Translations under genes and position numbers: made by a program | In this document: positions 1 through 9,900 of the stretch, one piece after another | Numbering within the stretch: the stretch's first letter is position 1 | Layout of the letters: every line of letters begins with the position of its first letter | Notes under the pieces: generated by a model | The model's input: the letters and a program-made list of their open reading frames with translations, nothing else | Databases searched by the model: none | Told to the model about the DNA's origin: nothing | Assembly (NCBI GenBank): GCA_964632605.1 | Contig: CAZWBZ010000004.1 | Location: 1 to 62,672, forward strand | Length of the DNA stretch: 62,672 nucleotides | Reading direction: 5' to 3' | Origin: an uncultured Candidatus Saccharibacteria bacterium | GTDB taxonomy: Bacteria > Patescibacteriota > Minisyncoccia > Phycocordibacterales > UBA9973

Positions 1-3000
1 GGATCTGGATCTACAACTAATGCTGTTGATCTAGGTACTGCTGAAGTTGCTGGTACTCTAGATATTTCATCAAATACAAATCTTGCCGCTGGACTTGGAC
101 TTGTTCTTTCTGGAGATTCTATTGCTCTTGATGAGTCAGCTGCCTTAACAGGTGACCACACACTGTCTGCTGACACAGAAAAATTCGGAGTATCTGGTTT
201 AATCTTCGAAGGAAGTTCTGCTGATACTATAGAGACATACTTTGCTGTTACAAACCCTACTTCATCTGACAAAACAATTACATTCCCAGACGCAACTATT
301 ACTGTTAACGCTGCTGGAGATATATCAGGAACAACATTGGCATCTAATGTTGTAACATCTTCATTAACAACTGTTGGCGCTCTTAATGCTGGATCTATAA
401 CTTCTGGGTTTGGGGCTATCGATGTTGGAGCTGACTCAATTACAACAACTGGAACTATTGGTACTGCAGCTACTACTACATTTACAGGAGCAGGTGCTAC
501 ATTGTCAGCAGCATTAGCTGCAAATGGGGGAATTACATTTGATGCATCTACTGATACAGTAGGAGCATTTACCGCTGCTGGTACTATTGATATGAATGCT
601 AATATTCTTACAAATATTGGTAACTCTGGTACAGACTTTATCGCTACAACAGGAGCATTAACATTAGCTGGTGTGCTAACTGCAAACGGAGGAATATCTA
701 TTGGTAGTCAGGCATTAACTGGCACAACCGGAAACATCGACTACACAAACTTTGATGTAACAGGTTCAAACGGTAACGTAGATATCGGAGGAACAATTAC
801 AGCTGGTTCAGGAAATGAAATAATTACTCTTTCAACTGGTAAAATCGATGCTGATGCTATTGGTCTAGTTGCTGCAACTAATGGACTAACTGGTACATCT
901 TCTGCTTCTGGTCTTGCTACATATTCAGACACACTATCACTACTACAGGGTTGTACTGATGGTCAAATATTGAAATGGGTAGAATCTACTGACACATGGG
1001 ATTGTAGTGCTGATGCTGTAGGTGGCGGAGGTCTATCTGACGCAGACTACGGAGACATCGTTGTATCAGGATCAGGAACTGTATTTACTATTGATGCTGA
1101 TGTTATTGACTGGGCAGATATGGCAGATGCTACAACACTGGATACATCAACATCTATTGGTTTTGGAGCTTCTACCTTTAATCTTACATTTACAAACAAT
1201 GGATCAGGGGATGAAATACACAATCTTTCTTCTACTGGAGATTTGTTGATACAGGACAACGGTTCTACATTTGCCACATTTAGCGATGGTGGATTCGTTG
1301 GTATCGGAGATGCATCTCCTGCGGCATTGTTTACTGTCGGTAATGGAGATTTATTCCAGGTAGACTCAACCGGTTCTCTTTTAACAACTCTTTCACTTTC
1401 TGGAACAACAGCAGACGAGCTTGGTAAATTTACATTAACTAACGCTACAGCTAGTGGTAATCAATATGGACTAAACGTTATTAACGCAGATTCTACTGGT
1501 GTTACAGAGGCAGGTTTGTTTATTGATAACGCCGACACATCAGCATCATCTCTTACTGATGGAATATTAATTACATCATCAGGGGTTAACGATGGTATCA
1601 CTGACGGTATCGATGTTTCAGCTGCTAATATTACAAATGCTATAAATATTGGTGGTAATGCTATCGCTGGTACAAACTTCTCAGTATCTGCTGCTGGCGC
1701 TGCGTCTGCTTTGACTTATAACGGCCTAGCTATCACTGCTAACGGTACAAATACATTAAGTATCGCTGCTGGAAAGACATTAACTGCATCAAACTCTATA
1801 ACTCTTGCTGGTACTGACTCTACAACAATGACCTTCCCATCAACAAATGCAACTATTGCACGTACTGATGCTGCGCAAACATTCACAGGAGTTCAAACAC
1901 TTTCATCTGCACCAGTTCTAAGTACAGGCACCGTTACTGTATCTGGAAACACAATTACATTCCCATCTGTAGCATCTACTTTGGCTATACTAGGGGCAAA
2001 TACATTTACTGGAGCTCAAACATTTACATCAGCTGCTCCTCAGATTACTCTTGGAGTTAACGCTACAACTCTTGGGTCTATTAAATTATTTGGAAATACA
2101 TCAGGTGACGTAACTCTTCAAGCAACTGCTGCTGCTGGAACTGCAACAACTCAAACATTACCTGCAACAACTGGAACTTTGGTTAACCGAGTTACAACAG
2201 GAAATGGGGTATCAGCATCTAACTCTGATGGTGCGCTATCGTTTACTCTTGGCGCAATTACTCCAACTACAACTAACGGTTTAACTATTACTGCTAACGG
2301 TACAAATACATTAAGTATCGCTGCTGGAAAGACATTAACATCATCAAACACATTAACATTTGCTGGTACTGATGGATCAACACTAAATATTGGAACTGGC
2401 GGTACACTTGGAACTGCAGCGTATACAGCGTCATCTGCATATGAAGTTCCGTTAACATTCTCTACTGGTCTGACACGCAGTGTTAACACTATTACCGTTG
2501 ACCAAGCTACAAACTTCTCTCTAACAGGAAATAATGCGTTTGCTCCATCATCTACAAATGACGTTACATTTACTTTGGATTCTGATTCACTGTTTGCTAT
2601 TAATCAAGCATTCTCTTCAACAACATCTGCTGATTCTTCAACATTAACAATGACTAACGCTTCATCTTCAGGAACACAGCGTGGTCTTAATATTACAAAC
2701 GCAGATTCTACTGGTGTTACAGAAGCAGGTTTGTTTATTAACAATGCCGACACATCAGCATCATCTCTTACTGACGGAATATTGATTACATCATCAGGAG
2801 TTAACGATGGTATTACTGATGCTATTGATGTATCAGACAGCAATATTACAAATGCTATAAACGTAGGAGCAAATACAATATTAGGCACAACCGGAAACAT
2901 CGACTACACAAACTTTGATGTAACAGGTTCAAACGGTAACGTAGATATCGGAGGAACAATTACAGCTGGTTCAGGAAATGAAATAATTACTCTTTCAACT

Positions 3001-4983
3001 GGTAAAATCGATGCTGATGCTATTGGTCTAGTTGCTGCAACTAATGGACTAACTGGTACATCTTCTGCTTCTGGTCTTGCTACATATTCAGACACACTAT
3101 CACTACTACAGGGTTGTACTGATGGTCAAATATTGAAATGGGTAGAATCTACTGACACATGGGATTGTAGTGCTGATGCTGTAGGTGGCGGAGGTCTATC
3201 TGACGCAGACTACGGAGACATCGTTGTATCAGGATCAGGAACTGTATTTACTATTGATGCTGATGTTATTGACTGGGCAGATATGGCAGATGCTACAACA
3301 CTGGATACATCAACATCTATTGGTTTTGGAGCTTCTACCTTTAATCTTACATTTACAAACAATGGATCAGGGGATGAAATACACAATCTTTCTTCTACTG
3401 GAGATTTGTTGATACAGGACAACGGTTCTACATTTGCAAAGTTTGATGACGCTGGACAGTTTATGTTGGGTACTACAACTGCATCTACAGATGCCAATAT
3501 GCTTATTACTGGATCAACTTCAACAAACGGAGCAACTACTGCAATAGCTGGAATTTTTGGAGACTATACTGCAAACCCAAGTGCAGGAGGCGTACAAGTC
3601 GGTAACCGTTTTGTATTAAATAATGCACCAACATCTTCTGCTAATACTGCAGTAAACCAACTAATTCGTATTGTGGATAATACTACTTTGGCAAACACTG
3701 TACGAGGTATAGATATTACTGCGAACGGCGGTACAAATACAGCTGGTACAAATACCGGGCTACGCAGTACTGGCGCAACATTTGGGCTGCAAGGTATTAC
3801 AACAGGTCTTGCTGCTGGCGTATCTGCTCCTGCTGCTATTTATGGAGAAAGCAGTGGTACAACACTGGGTGATGTAATGCGTCTATATTCAACCACATTA
3901 ACATCTGCGCCTTCATTTGCTACTTTCTACCACAACACTTCTACATTTACAGGAACAGGACTTCTTATGGACTTGGCAGAAGGGTCAGGCTCATTTACTG
4001 GTAACTTTATAGATTTACAAAACAATAACGTTTCTAAATTTACTGTTAACGATGACGGTAGTACTGGTATTAACGATGCGACACCTGACTTCCTTCTTGA
4101 TGTTGAAGGTAACGTTGCTTCATCTTACGTTGCTTCATTCTTTAACGATGGAGACAATGCAAACCGTGGAGGTATATTGATTCAATCAGGTCTTGATGAT
4201 AATACCGCTGCAGGGCCTTCTACATTAATTGCATTCCAAGATGGAAATGGTGGAGCTGTTGGGTCTATAACATTTGGATCTTCTGCTACTGCATACAACA
4301 CTACTTCTGACCAAAGACTAAAAGAAAATGTTGTAGATACTGAATTATCTTTAGCTACACTAAATCAAATTAAAATACATGATTATACTTGGATAGCAGA
4401 CACAGAACACAAGATTGCTCATGGTGTACTAGCGCAGGAACTGTATGCAGTTTACCCAGGTGCTGTAACAAAGCCAGTAGACGAAGCAACTGCATTTTGG
4501 ATGGTAGATTATTCTAAGCTAACTCCTTTGATAGTTAAATCTATTCAAGATGTAGATGTAAAGATAAATGATATTGTTACTGAAGATACTTTGGCGGATA
4601 AGTTTAAGACAGCAGTTTCTAGTTGGCTTGGTGACGTAACAAATGGAATAAATTCTATTTATGCCAAAGTTATGAAAAGTGAGACAGTGGAGACAGATAA
4701 GCTGTGTGTCGGTAATACTTGCGTAACCGAGGATCAATTGATACAGTTACTGCAAAATAACGGAGCAGCTTCTGCTGGTTCAGCAGGTGGCAATGGGGGA
4801 GGCAGTCAAGGTGATTCAGGGTCTGACCCAGCGCCAGAGCCATCACCAAGCCCAGACGAAACCCCAGCCCCAGATCCAGAACCTACTCCTGACCCAGCCC
4901 CAGAACCAACCCCTGAAACAGCGCCAGAACCCGCACCAGAGCCAGCTCCAGCCCCTGATCCAGCTCCTAGCCCAGAAGTTTAA
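1..4983 (+). CDS. Giant tail-fibre-like surface protein with its 5' end outside the window. Carries a C-terminal peptidase S74 (intramolecular chaperone auto-processing) domain and a Pro/Glu/Asp-rich tail.
   Basis: Frame 1 is open from base 1; the track's TTG at 337 is only the first start-like codon. Gly/Thr/Ser/Ala-rich fibre repeats. SDQRLKENV...HGVLAQEL...VDYSKLTPLIV (~4306-4560) matches the S74/endosialidase-chaperone signature. PAPEP-type tail at ~4826-4980. TAA stop. Confidence 0.8.
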   Translation, partial: GSGSTTNAVDLGTAEVAGTLDISSNTNLAAGLGLVLSGDSIALDESAALTGDHTLSADTEKFGVSGLIFEGSSADTIETYFAVTNPTSSDKTITFPDATITVNAAGDISGTTLASNVVTSSLTTVGALNAGSITSGFGAIDVGADSITTTGTIGTAATTTFTGAGATLSAALAANGGITFDASTDTVGAFTAAGTIDMNANILTNIGNSGTDFIATTGALTLAGVLTANGGISIGSQALTGTTGNIDYTNFDVTGSNGNVDIGGTITAGSGNEIITLSTGKIDADAIGLVAATNGLTGTSSASGLATYSDTLSLLQGCTDGQILKWVESTDTWDCSADAVGGGGLSDADYGDIVVSGSGTVFTIDADVIDWADMADATTLDTSTSIGFGASTFNLTFTNNGSGDEIHNLSSTGDLLIQDNGSTFATFSDGGFVGIGDASPAALFTVGNGDLFQVDSTGSLLTTLSLSGTTADELGKFTLTNATASGNQYGLNVINADSTGVTEAGLFIDNADTSASSLTDGILITSSGVNDGITDGIDVSAANITNAINIGGNAIAGTNFSVSAAGAASALTYNGLAITANGTNTLSIAAGKTLTASNSITLAGTDSTTMTFPSTNATIARTDAAQTFTGVQTLSSAPVLSTGTVTVSGNTITFPSVASTLAILGANTFTGAQTFTSAAPQITLGVNATTLGSIKLFGNTSGDVTLQATAAAGTATTQTLPATTGTLVNRVTTGNGVSASNSDGALSFTLGAITPTTTNGLTITANGTNTLSIAAGKTLTSSNTLTFAGTDGSTLNIGTGGTLGTAAYTASSAYEVPLTFSTGLTRSVNTITVDQATNFSLTGNNAFAPSSTNDVTFTLDSDSLFAINQAFSSTTSADSSTLTMTNASSSGTQRGLNITNADSTGVTEAGLFINNADTSASSLTDGILITSSGVNDGITDAIDVSDSNITNAINVGANTILGTTGNIDYTNFDVTGSNGNVDIGGTITAGSGNEIITLSTGKIDADAIGLVAATNGLTGTSSASGLATYSDTLSLLQGCTDGQILKWVESTDTWDCSADAVGGGGLSDADYGDIVVSGSGTVFTIDADVIDWADMADATTLDTSTSIGFGASTFNLTFTNNGSGDEIHNLSSTGDLLIQDNGSTFAKFDDAGQFMLGTTTASTDANMLITGSTSTNGATTAIAGIFGDYTANPSAGGVQVGNRFVLNNAPTSSANTAVNQLIRIVDNTTLANTVRGIDITANGGTNTAGTNTGLRSTGATFGLQGITTGLAAGVSAPAAIYGESSGTTLGDVMRLYSTTLTSAPSFATFYHNTSTFTGTGLLMDLAEGSGSFTGNFIDLQNNNVSKFTVNDDGSTGINDATPDFLLDVEGNVASSYVASFFNDGDNANRGGILIQSGLDDNTAAGPSTLIAFQDGNGGAVGSITFGSSATAYNTTSDQRLKENVVDTELSLATLNQIKIHDYTWIADTEHKIAHGVLAQELYAVYPGAVTKPVDEATAFWMVDYSKLTPLIVKSIQDVDVKINDIVTEDTLADKFKTAVSSWLGDVTNGINSIYAKVMKSETVETDKLCVGNTCVTEDQLIQLLQNNGAASAGSAGGNGGGSQGDSGSDPAPEPSPSPDETPAPDPEPTPDPAPEPTPETAPEPAPEPAPAPDPAPSPEV
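721..1274 (+). repeat. Copy 1 of a 554-bp apparently perfect intragenic direct repeat
   Basis: By eye, base-for-base identical to 2884-3437 (offset 2163 bp = 721 codons). The identical antisense and alternate-frame ORFs in the track (741-932 = 2904-3095; 1022-1249 = 3185-3412) confirm it. Confidence 0.9.
1486..1650 (+). repeat. Diverged intragenic repeat, copy 1 (NADSTGVTEAGLFI.NADTSASSLTDGILITSSGVNDGITD module)
   Basis: About nine-tenths identical by eye to 2701-2865. The offset is 1215 bp, different from that of the perfect repeat. Confidence 0.75.
2701..2865 (+). repeat. Diverged intragenic repeat, copy 2
   Basis: Matches 1486-1650 with scattered, mostly synonymous differences. Confidence 0.75.
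2884..3437 (+). repeat. Copy 2 of the 554-bp intragenic direct repeat
   Basis: Identical to 721-1274. Identity breaks at 720/2883 and at 1275/3438. Confidence 0.9.
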
Positions 4984-5007
4984 TTAGTAGTAGTTTAAAT
5001 TAATTTT

Positions 5008-5961
5008 ATGTCCAATCATTCAAACGACATTTTAAATAAAAAGCTAAAAAGATATAAGATTCTTCTTATTACTCTTACAATAGCAACATTTATTATTGGT
5101 GCTGCTGTAAGCTTTTCTTTGCACAAAGACCATGTCCCAGAGTCAAAATACAAGCTTTTAGACCCTATGAGAGAGTTCATGTCTAAAGATTCTTACATTA
5201 TTAACATTCAAAGCTTAAGAACTTATTTACATTCAGTAGAAGAAAAATATCCAGATAATGTTTCAATATATTATGAGACAATTAACTCTGGTGCTAACAT
5301 CTCTGTTGGTAAAGAATTGCGTCTATTCCCAGCATCTCTCTCTAAGCTTGTACAGGCTATTATAATAGTTAAAAAAGTTGAAGATGGTGAACTAGATTGG
5401 GATCAGCAGCTAAAGCCTATAGAAGGAGATACTTCTTCTGATTCTGGAGAACTTTATAAAACTATTGGCAGCAGCAGTATGAGTGTTGAAGATTTGTTAA
5501 AAGAACTTTTGGTAAATTCTGACAACACTGCGCAAAATATTTTCCGTAGACAACTTAATGTTTCGGACTATATATCTTTCCAACAGGAGACTGGTCTTGA
5601 AGATTTATATAATGAAAAAGGTTTTATCTCTGCGAAAGAATATACTCGAATTCTAAGAGTGCTTTATACATCAAGTTATCTAAATCCAGAAAATTCTGAA
5701 AAAATTTTGGAATATATGTCTCAGTCAAAATTTAAAGATTATCTTTCTCAGGGTATACCGGGCGATGTAAAATTTGCCCACAAGTATGGAGAGAATAAAG
5801 AATATAATATTTTTGCTGACTCTGGAATTGTTTATGTAAAAAATCGACCATATCTCTTAACTGTAATTATAAAAGGTAAAGATAATTCTATGGAAACAAG
5901 AAGATGGGCCGTAGGGTTAATGAAAGAAATTTCAGAACAAGCCTACTTCGCTAGCCGTTAA
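5008..5961 (+). CDS. Membrane-anchored serine hydrolase, class A beta-lactamase / PBP-like
   Basis: N-terminal TM helix. SxxK (PASLSKLV), SDN (VNSDNTAQN) and K[ST]G-like (HKYGE) motifs in canonical order. ATG start, TAA stop. Confidence 0.7.
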   Translation: MSNHSNDILNKKLKRYKILLITLTIATFIIGAAVSFSLHKDHVPESKYKLLDPMREFMSKDSYIINIQSLRTYLHSVEEKYPDNVSIYYETINSGANISVGKELRLFPASLSKLVQAIIIVKKVEDGELDWDQQLKPIEGDTSSDSGELYKTIGSSSMSVEDLLKELLVNSDNTAQNIFRRQLNVSDYISFQQETGLEDLYNEKGFISAKEYTRILRVLYTSSYLNPENSEKILEYMSQSKFKDYLSQGIPGDVKFAHKYGENKEYNIFADSGIVYVKNRPYLLTVIIKGKDNSMETRRWAVGLMKEISEQAYFASR

Positions 5962-5964
5962 AAT

Positions 5965-5992
5965 AAAATCACTTGGTTAACCAAGTGATTTT
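5965..5992. terminator. Bidirectional hairpin between convergent genes
   Basis: aaaatcacttgg-ttaa-ccaagtgatttt is a perfect 12-bp stem flanked by A/T runs. It overlaps the last codons of the minus-strand gene. Confidence 0.6.
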
Positions 5993-6765
5993 ATTTTAAC
6001 TATTTTATTTTTTTGCTTGTCTATAATATTTAGTTTGATTGTCAGCATGCCGTCTTTTTCAAAAGCTTCTATTTTTTCAATATCGACTTCGTAAGGTAGG
6101 GGCAATGTCCTGGAAAATGTACCCCATTTTAATTCTGTATTTTTAGAAATAATATTTTCATTTATTTCTTTTTTAACCCGGGTACATTTTATAGTTGCAA
6201 ACTTTGTTGTGATTGATATAAAAACATCATCTATAATTGTTCCGGCAATATCTGCGTTTATTACGAGTTGCTCATTTTTTTTAAAGATATCCACAGGTAT
6301 CATTGAATCAACAGGCAAGGGGGTGTAGGAAGTCTCTTCTTCTCTTTCGTATTGAGCTAGGTGTTTTACATAATTTGTATCGCTGCTTTTCTCATCTTTT
6401 TGGGGTATGTCTATGACATCAAATGCATTTTTAAGCTTAAAATTTTGCAGCCATGCCTGGAATACAGGGGTGTCGGACGGGGAGATGTTGGATACAAGTT
6501 TTAGTATTTTACCCGAGTCCATTACGTCTGTAAGATAGAATTTGCCATCATTAGAGCGCATTTTCAGTTGGTTACAATCTGTAACCAACTCTGGATAACT
6601 ATTTTTTAAACGGTTTTTTAGAACCTTCCAGTAGTTGCGTGGGTCAGAGCTATTTGTAACCAAAGCTATGGTGTCTACCACAGAGAAGTACCATGTGCTG
6701 GAATTTTCATCCCATTGGCGGCGGATACTGCTATTTTCTATGGATTCGATGTCTAACTTCTTCAT
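5977..6765 (-). CDS. Bro-N-like DNA-binding domain fused to an Hsp20/alpha-crystallin domain
   Basis: The N-terminal half (IRRQWDENSSTWYFSVVD...QLKMRSNDGKFYLTDV...ISPSDTPVFQAWL) resembles Bro-N/DinD-type domains. The C-terminal half (PVDIFKKNEQLVINADIAG...WGTFSRTLPLPYEVDIEKIEAFEKDGMLTIKL) has the alpha-crystallin pattern. Confidence 0.65.
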   Translation of the reverse strand: MKKLDIESIENSSIRRQWDENSSTWYFSVVDTIALVTNSSDPRNYWKVLKNRLKNSYPELVTDCNQLKMRSNDGKFYLTDVMDSGKILKLVSNISPSDTPVFQAWLQNFKLKNAFDVIDIPQKDEKSSDTNYVKHLAQYEREEETSYTPLPVDSMIPVDIFKKNEQLVINADIAGTIIDDVFISITTKFATIKCTRVKKEINENIISKNTELKWGTFSRTLPLPYEVDIEKIEAFEKDGMLTIKLNIIDKQKNKIVKIKSLG

Positions 6766-6781
6766 AAGTTTGGTAGCTACA

Positions 6782-6805
6782 TTATATACTATATATAGTA
6801 TATAA
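6782..6805. promoter_or_regulatory. 24-bp perfect palindrome in the divergent promoter region
   Basis: ttatatactatatatagtatataa equals its own reverse complement. It lies 17 bp upstream of the minus-strand start (6765) and contains a TATAAT box reading toward that gene. Confidence 0.4.
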
Positions 6806-6948
6806 ATAACCTCATGCTGGTGGAAATTCTGTTGAGAAGTTTCAATTATGATAAAGATTTTAATCTATAGACAGTAGTAGTTTTGTATTTTATTTTTTGT
6901 TCTTATCTATATAAGTTTATTGCAGTATAAGTTATACTATATGTAGAT

Positions 6949-9900
6949 ATGATTTATTTTTTGAAAGAGTTTGTTATTAATAAGAAAATTGTTACTGTGG
7001 CAAAATTTTCCATTGTTTTTTTAATCTCTGGATTTTTCTTTTTTGGAAATATAAATTCTACTTTTGCAGCCGTTCGAACATGGACTGGTACAACTAGCGG
7101 CTCTTGGTCAGTGGCAAGTAACTGGGGAGGTACCGCACCGGTAACAGGAGACGATCTTGTTTTTCCTGGCGGAGCATCTAATCTCTCTAATACAAATGAC
7201 CTGACTGAAAATACAATTTTTAACTCTATCACTCTTTCTGGTAGCGGTTATACTTTGTCGGGTAATCCAATTATTTTGGGTGCAGGTTTAGCTGGTATTA
7301 CAGACAGCGCATCATCTGGTGGTAATACAATTGCGCTTAATATTCGTCTAGATAACGTTTCTCCTATTTTTCGCAATATCGTCGTTACTAATACTGCTGA
7401 GACTTTGACCATTAGCGGAAAAATTGCTGGTGTAGGAGGTATAGCAAAAGAAGGTACTGGTACACTAGTACTGTCCGGAGGAAATACCTTTGGAGGTATT
7501 TTGAAGATTAATGCGGGTGTTGTTAATGCAAGACATTCAACAGCACTTGGGACTATTGCTACTGGTACAGAAGTTGTTGGCGGCGCAGCTCTTGAATTGC
7601 AAGGGGATATTGATATTAGTTACGAAGCTTTAACTCTTCGCGGCTATGGGGTTGATAGTAATGGGGCGCTTCGTAATATTAGCGGCAGTAATACGTATCG
7701 CGGAGTTATCTCTTTGACATCAGCCGCTGGTACAGAGATATCGTCTGATTCCGGTACTTTAACTATTGCCGGGGGTACATCAGGAAGTGCACCTTTGGTT
7801 TTTGATGGGGCAGGGAATATGGTTTTTTCTACTACGCCGATTACTGGTACTGGAATAATTACAAAAAATGGTTCCGGGACTGTGACTTTTAATTTTCCAA
7901 ATACAAACACGGGGACTTTAACCATAAATGCTGGAACTATTTTATATGGTGTAAATAACGCAATTCTTTCTAGCGCGATTACTGTAACAGGGGGTACTTT
8001 AGATATTGCTAGTTATTCCGATATGGTTGGTACAGTAACACTGGGTACTCTTGACTTAGCAGCGGGTACAATAACTGGTACATCTGGTGTATTAACCAGT
8101 TCTACTTTTACAGTTTACAATGGAACCATCAGTGCTATCATTGCTGGAGACGGAGGAACTTTAACAAAGAGTACTGCTGGTACAGTGGTGTTAACAAGAG
8201 CAAACCAATACACTGGGGCTACAACTGTTAGTTTGGGTATATTGGAAATTCAGGATAGTTATGGTCTAGGAACAATCGACGGTATTACAACTGTTACCGC
8301 TGGGGCAACTTTGCAAATTGATGGGTCAGGTCTTTCTATTCCAGAATATATTACATTTTCTGGTACAGGGCATTTGTATACCGGAGCAATTAGAAATACT
8401 ACAGGAAACAATACGTTAACTGGGCTTCTTACTCTTGGCGCGGCGGCCTTGATTGAATCTGATTCCTCTACAACTTTAACTATTGACAGTAAAGGTATCT
8501 CTGCATCAACTCTTGGTCTTACTATCGGCGGAGCTGGTAATACTACCTTTACTTCATCTGCTCCTATTTATGGAACAAGCGCCACTTTAACAAAAGTTGA
8601 TGCAGGTACTCTTACGCTGCAGGCATTTAATAACTTTACAGGTGCAACAAACTTTACATATGGAGATGTTGTCTTAAGTGGTAGTGGCGCTATGCCATTG
8701 TCTACTGCGATGACTATTAGTGCGGGTGCAAGTTTGACTTTGGACAATACCAGCGCTACTAATATTGTTGACCGTCTTGCGGACGCTTTAGCGATTACGC
8801 TGAACGGGGGAGATTTTACTTTTGTTGGGTCAAACTCTATCGCGGTTGACGAAACTGTCGGCGTCTTAACTGCCGGTATTGCCACGCAGTCGGGGAATAG
8901 CAGGATAACGGTTACCCCCGGGTCTGGTGGGTCGACGACGATGCAGTTTGCATCCCTGACCCGCACTGCCGGAGCCTCTATTTTGTTTAGGGGTACTAAT
9001 TTGGGTTCGGACCCAGGAGCCGGGGTCTCCAATATACTCTTTACAACAGCGCCGACATTAACGGGTGGAACGGGCGCTGCTAATTCTGCAACTATTCCTA
9101 TTATCCAGGGCGCTTTTGGAGATAATTCTCCAACTGGTACCGGGACAGATATGGTTACATATGGTCGTGGAAATTCTAACGGGCTACGTTTACTAAACGG
9201 GGCAGGTTTCTCTGGTGAATATACAACTAACTTTGCTACAACTAACGCAAACATAAAATTAACTACAGCTACGGCGGCAGTTACGTCTTCAATTAACTCA
9301 CTGATTCTAGATGGAACCGCAAGTATTACTAACCCTGGTAGCGCGCAAGTTATCACACTGGCGTCAGGTAATATTTTAAACCTGGTTAGTGGTAATACTG
9401 TTGCTGGCGCTAACACTACTATTGCAGCGGGCGCTGTAGAAATAAATATCTTAGCTCCTGTTGATGTTGATATTTCTGCTTTGATTACAACTACTGGCGG
9501 ACTAACAAAAAGTGGAGCAGGCACATTAACTTTTTCTACTTCAAAAACTTATACAGGTCTTACATCTATTAACGAGGGAACACTTTTAGCAGGAACAAGT
9601 AATTTCGTTTCTTCTGGTAATATTACGGTAAATAACGCAACGCTAGACATCGCCGGTTTTAGTGATACTGTTGGCGCTGTAATATTGCAAACTGGAACTA
9701 TTACTGGGACAACTGGTATCCTTACAGGAACATCTTATTCTTTTAGAGAGGGAACAGTTAGCGCTATTCTTGGCGGCGCTGTTGCGTTAACGCGCGTTGC
9801 TACAAACACCGCCACGGATAGTGTTGTCTTGTTAACAAGAGAAAATACTTATACCGGGGCTACTACTATTACCAGCGGTATTCTAAGAATTGGAGCTGCT

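Noticed and set aside
1-6765. Prophage or phage remnant (tail-fibre-like gene with S74 domain, plus a Bro-N domain gene)
   Set aside because: No integrase, terminase, capsid, portal, baseplate or lysis genes occur nearby. The neighbours are cellular surface proteins and a PBP-like hydrolase. The fibre gene shares composition and repeat style with other host surface genes. It is treated as a host adhesin, although the sequence upstream of the window is unseen.
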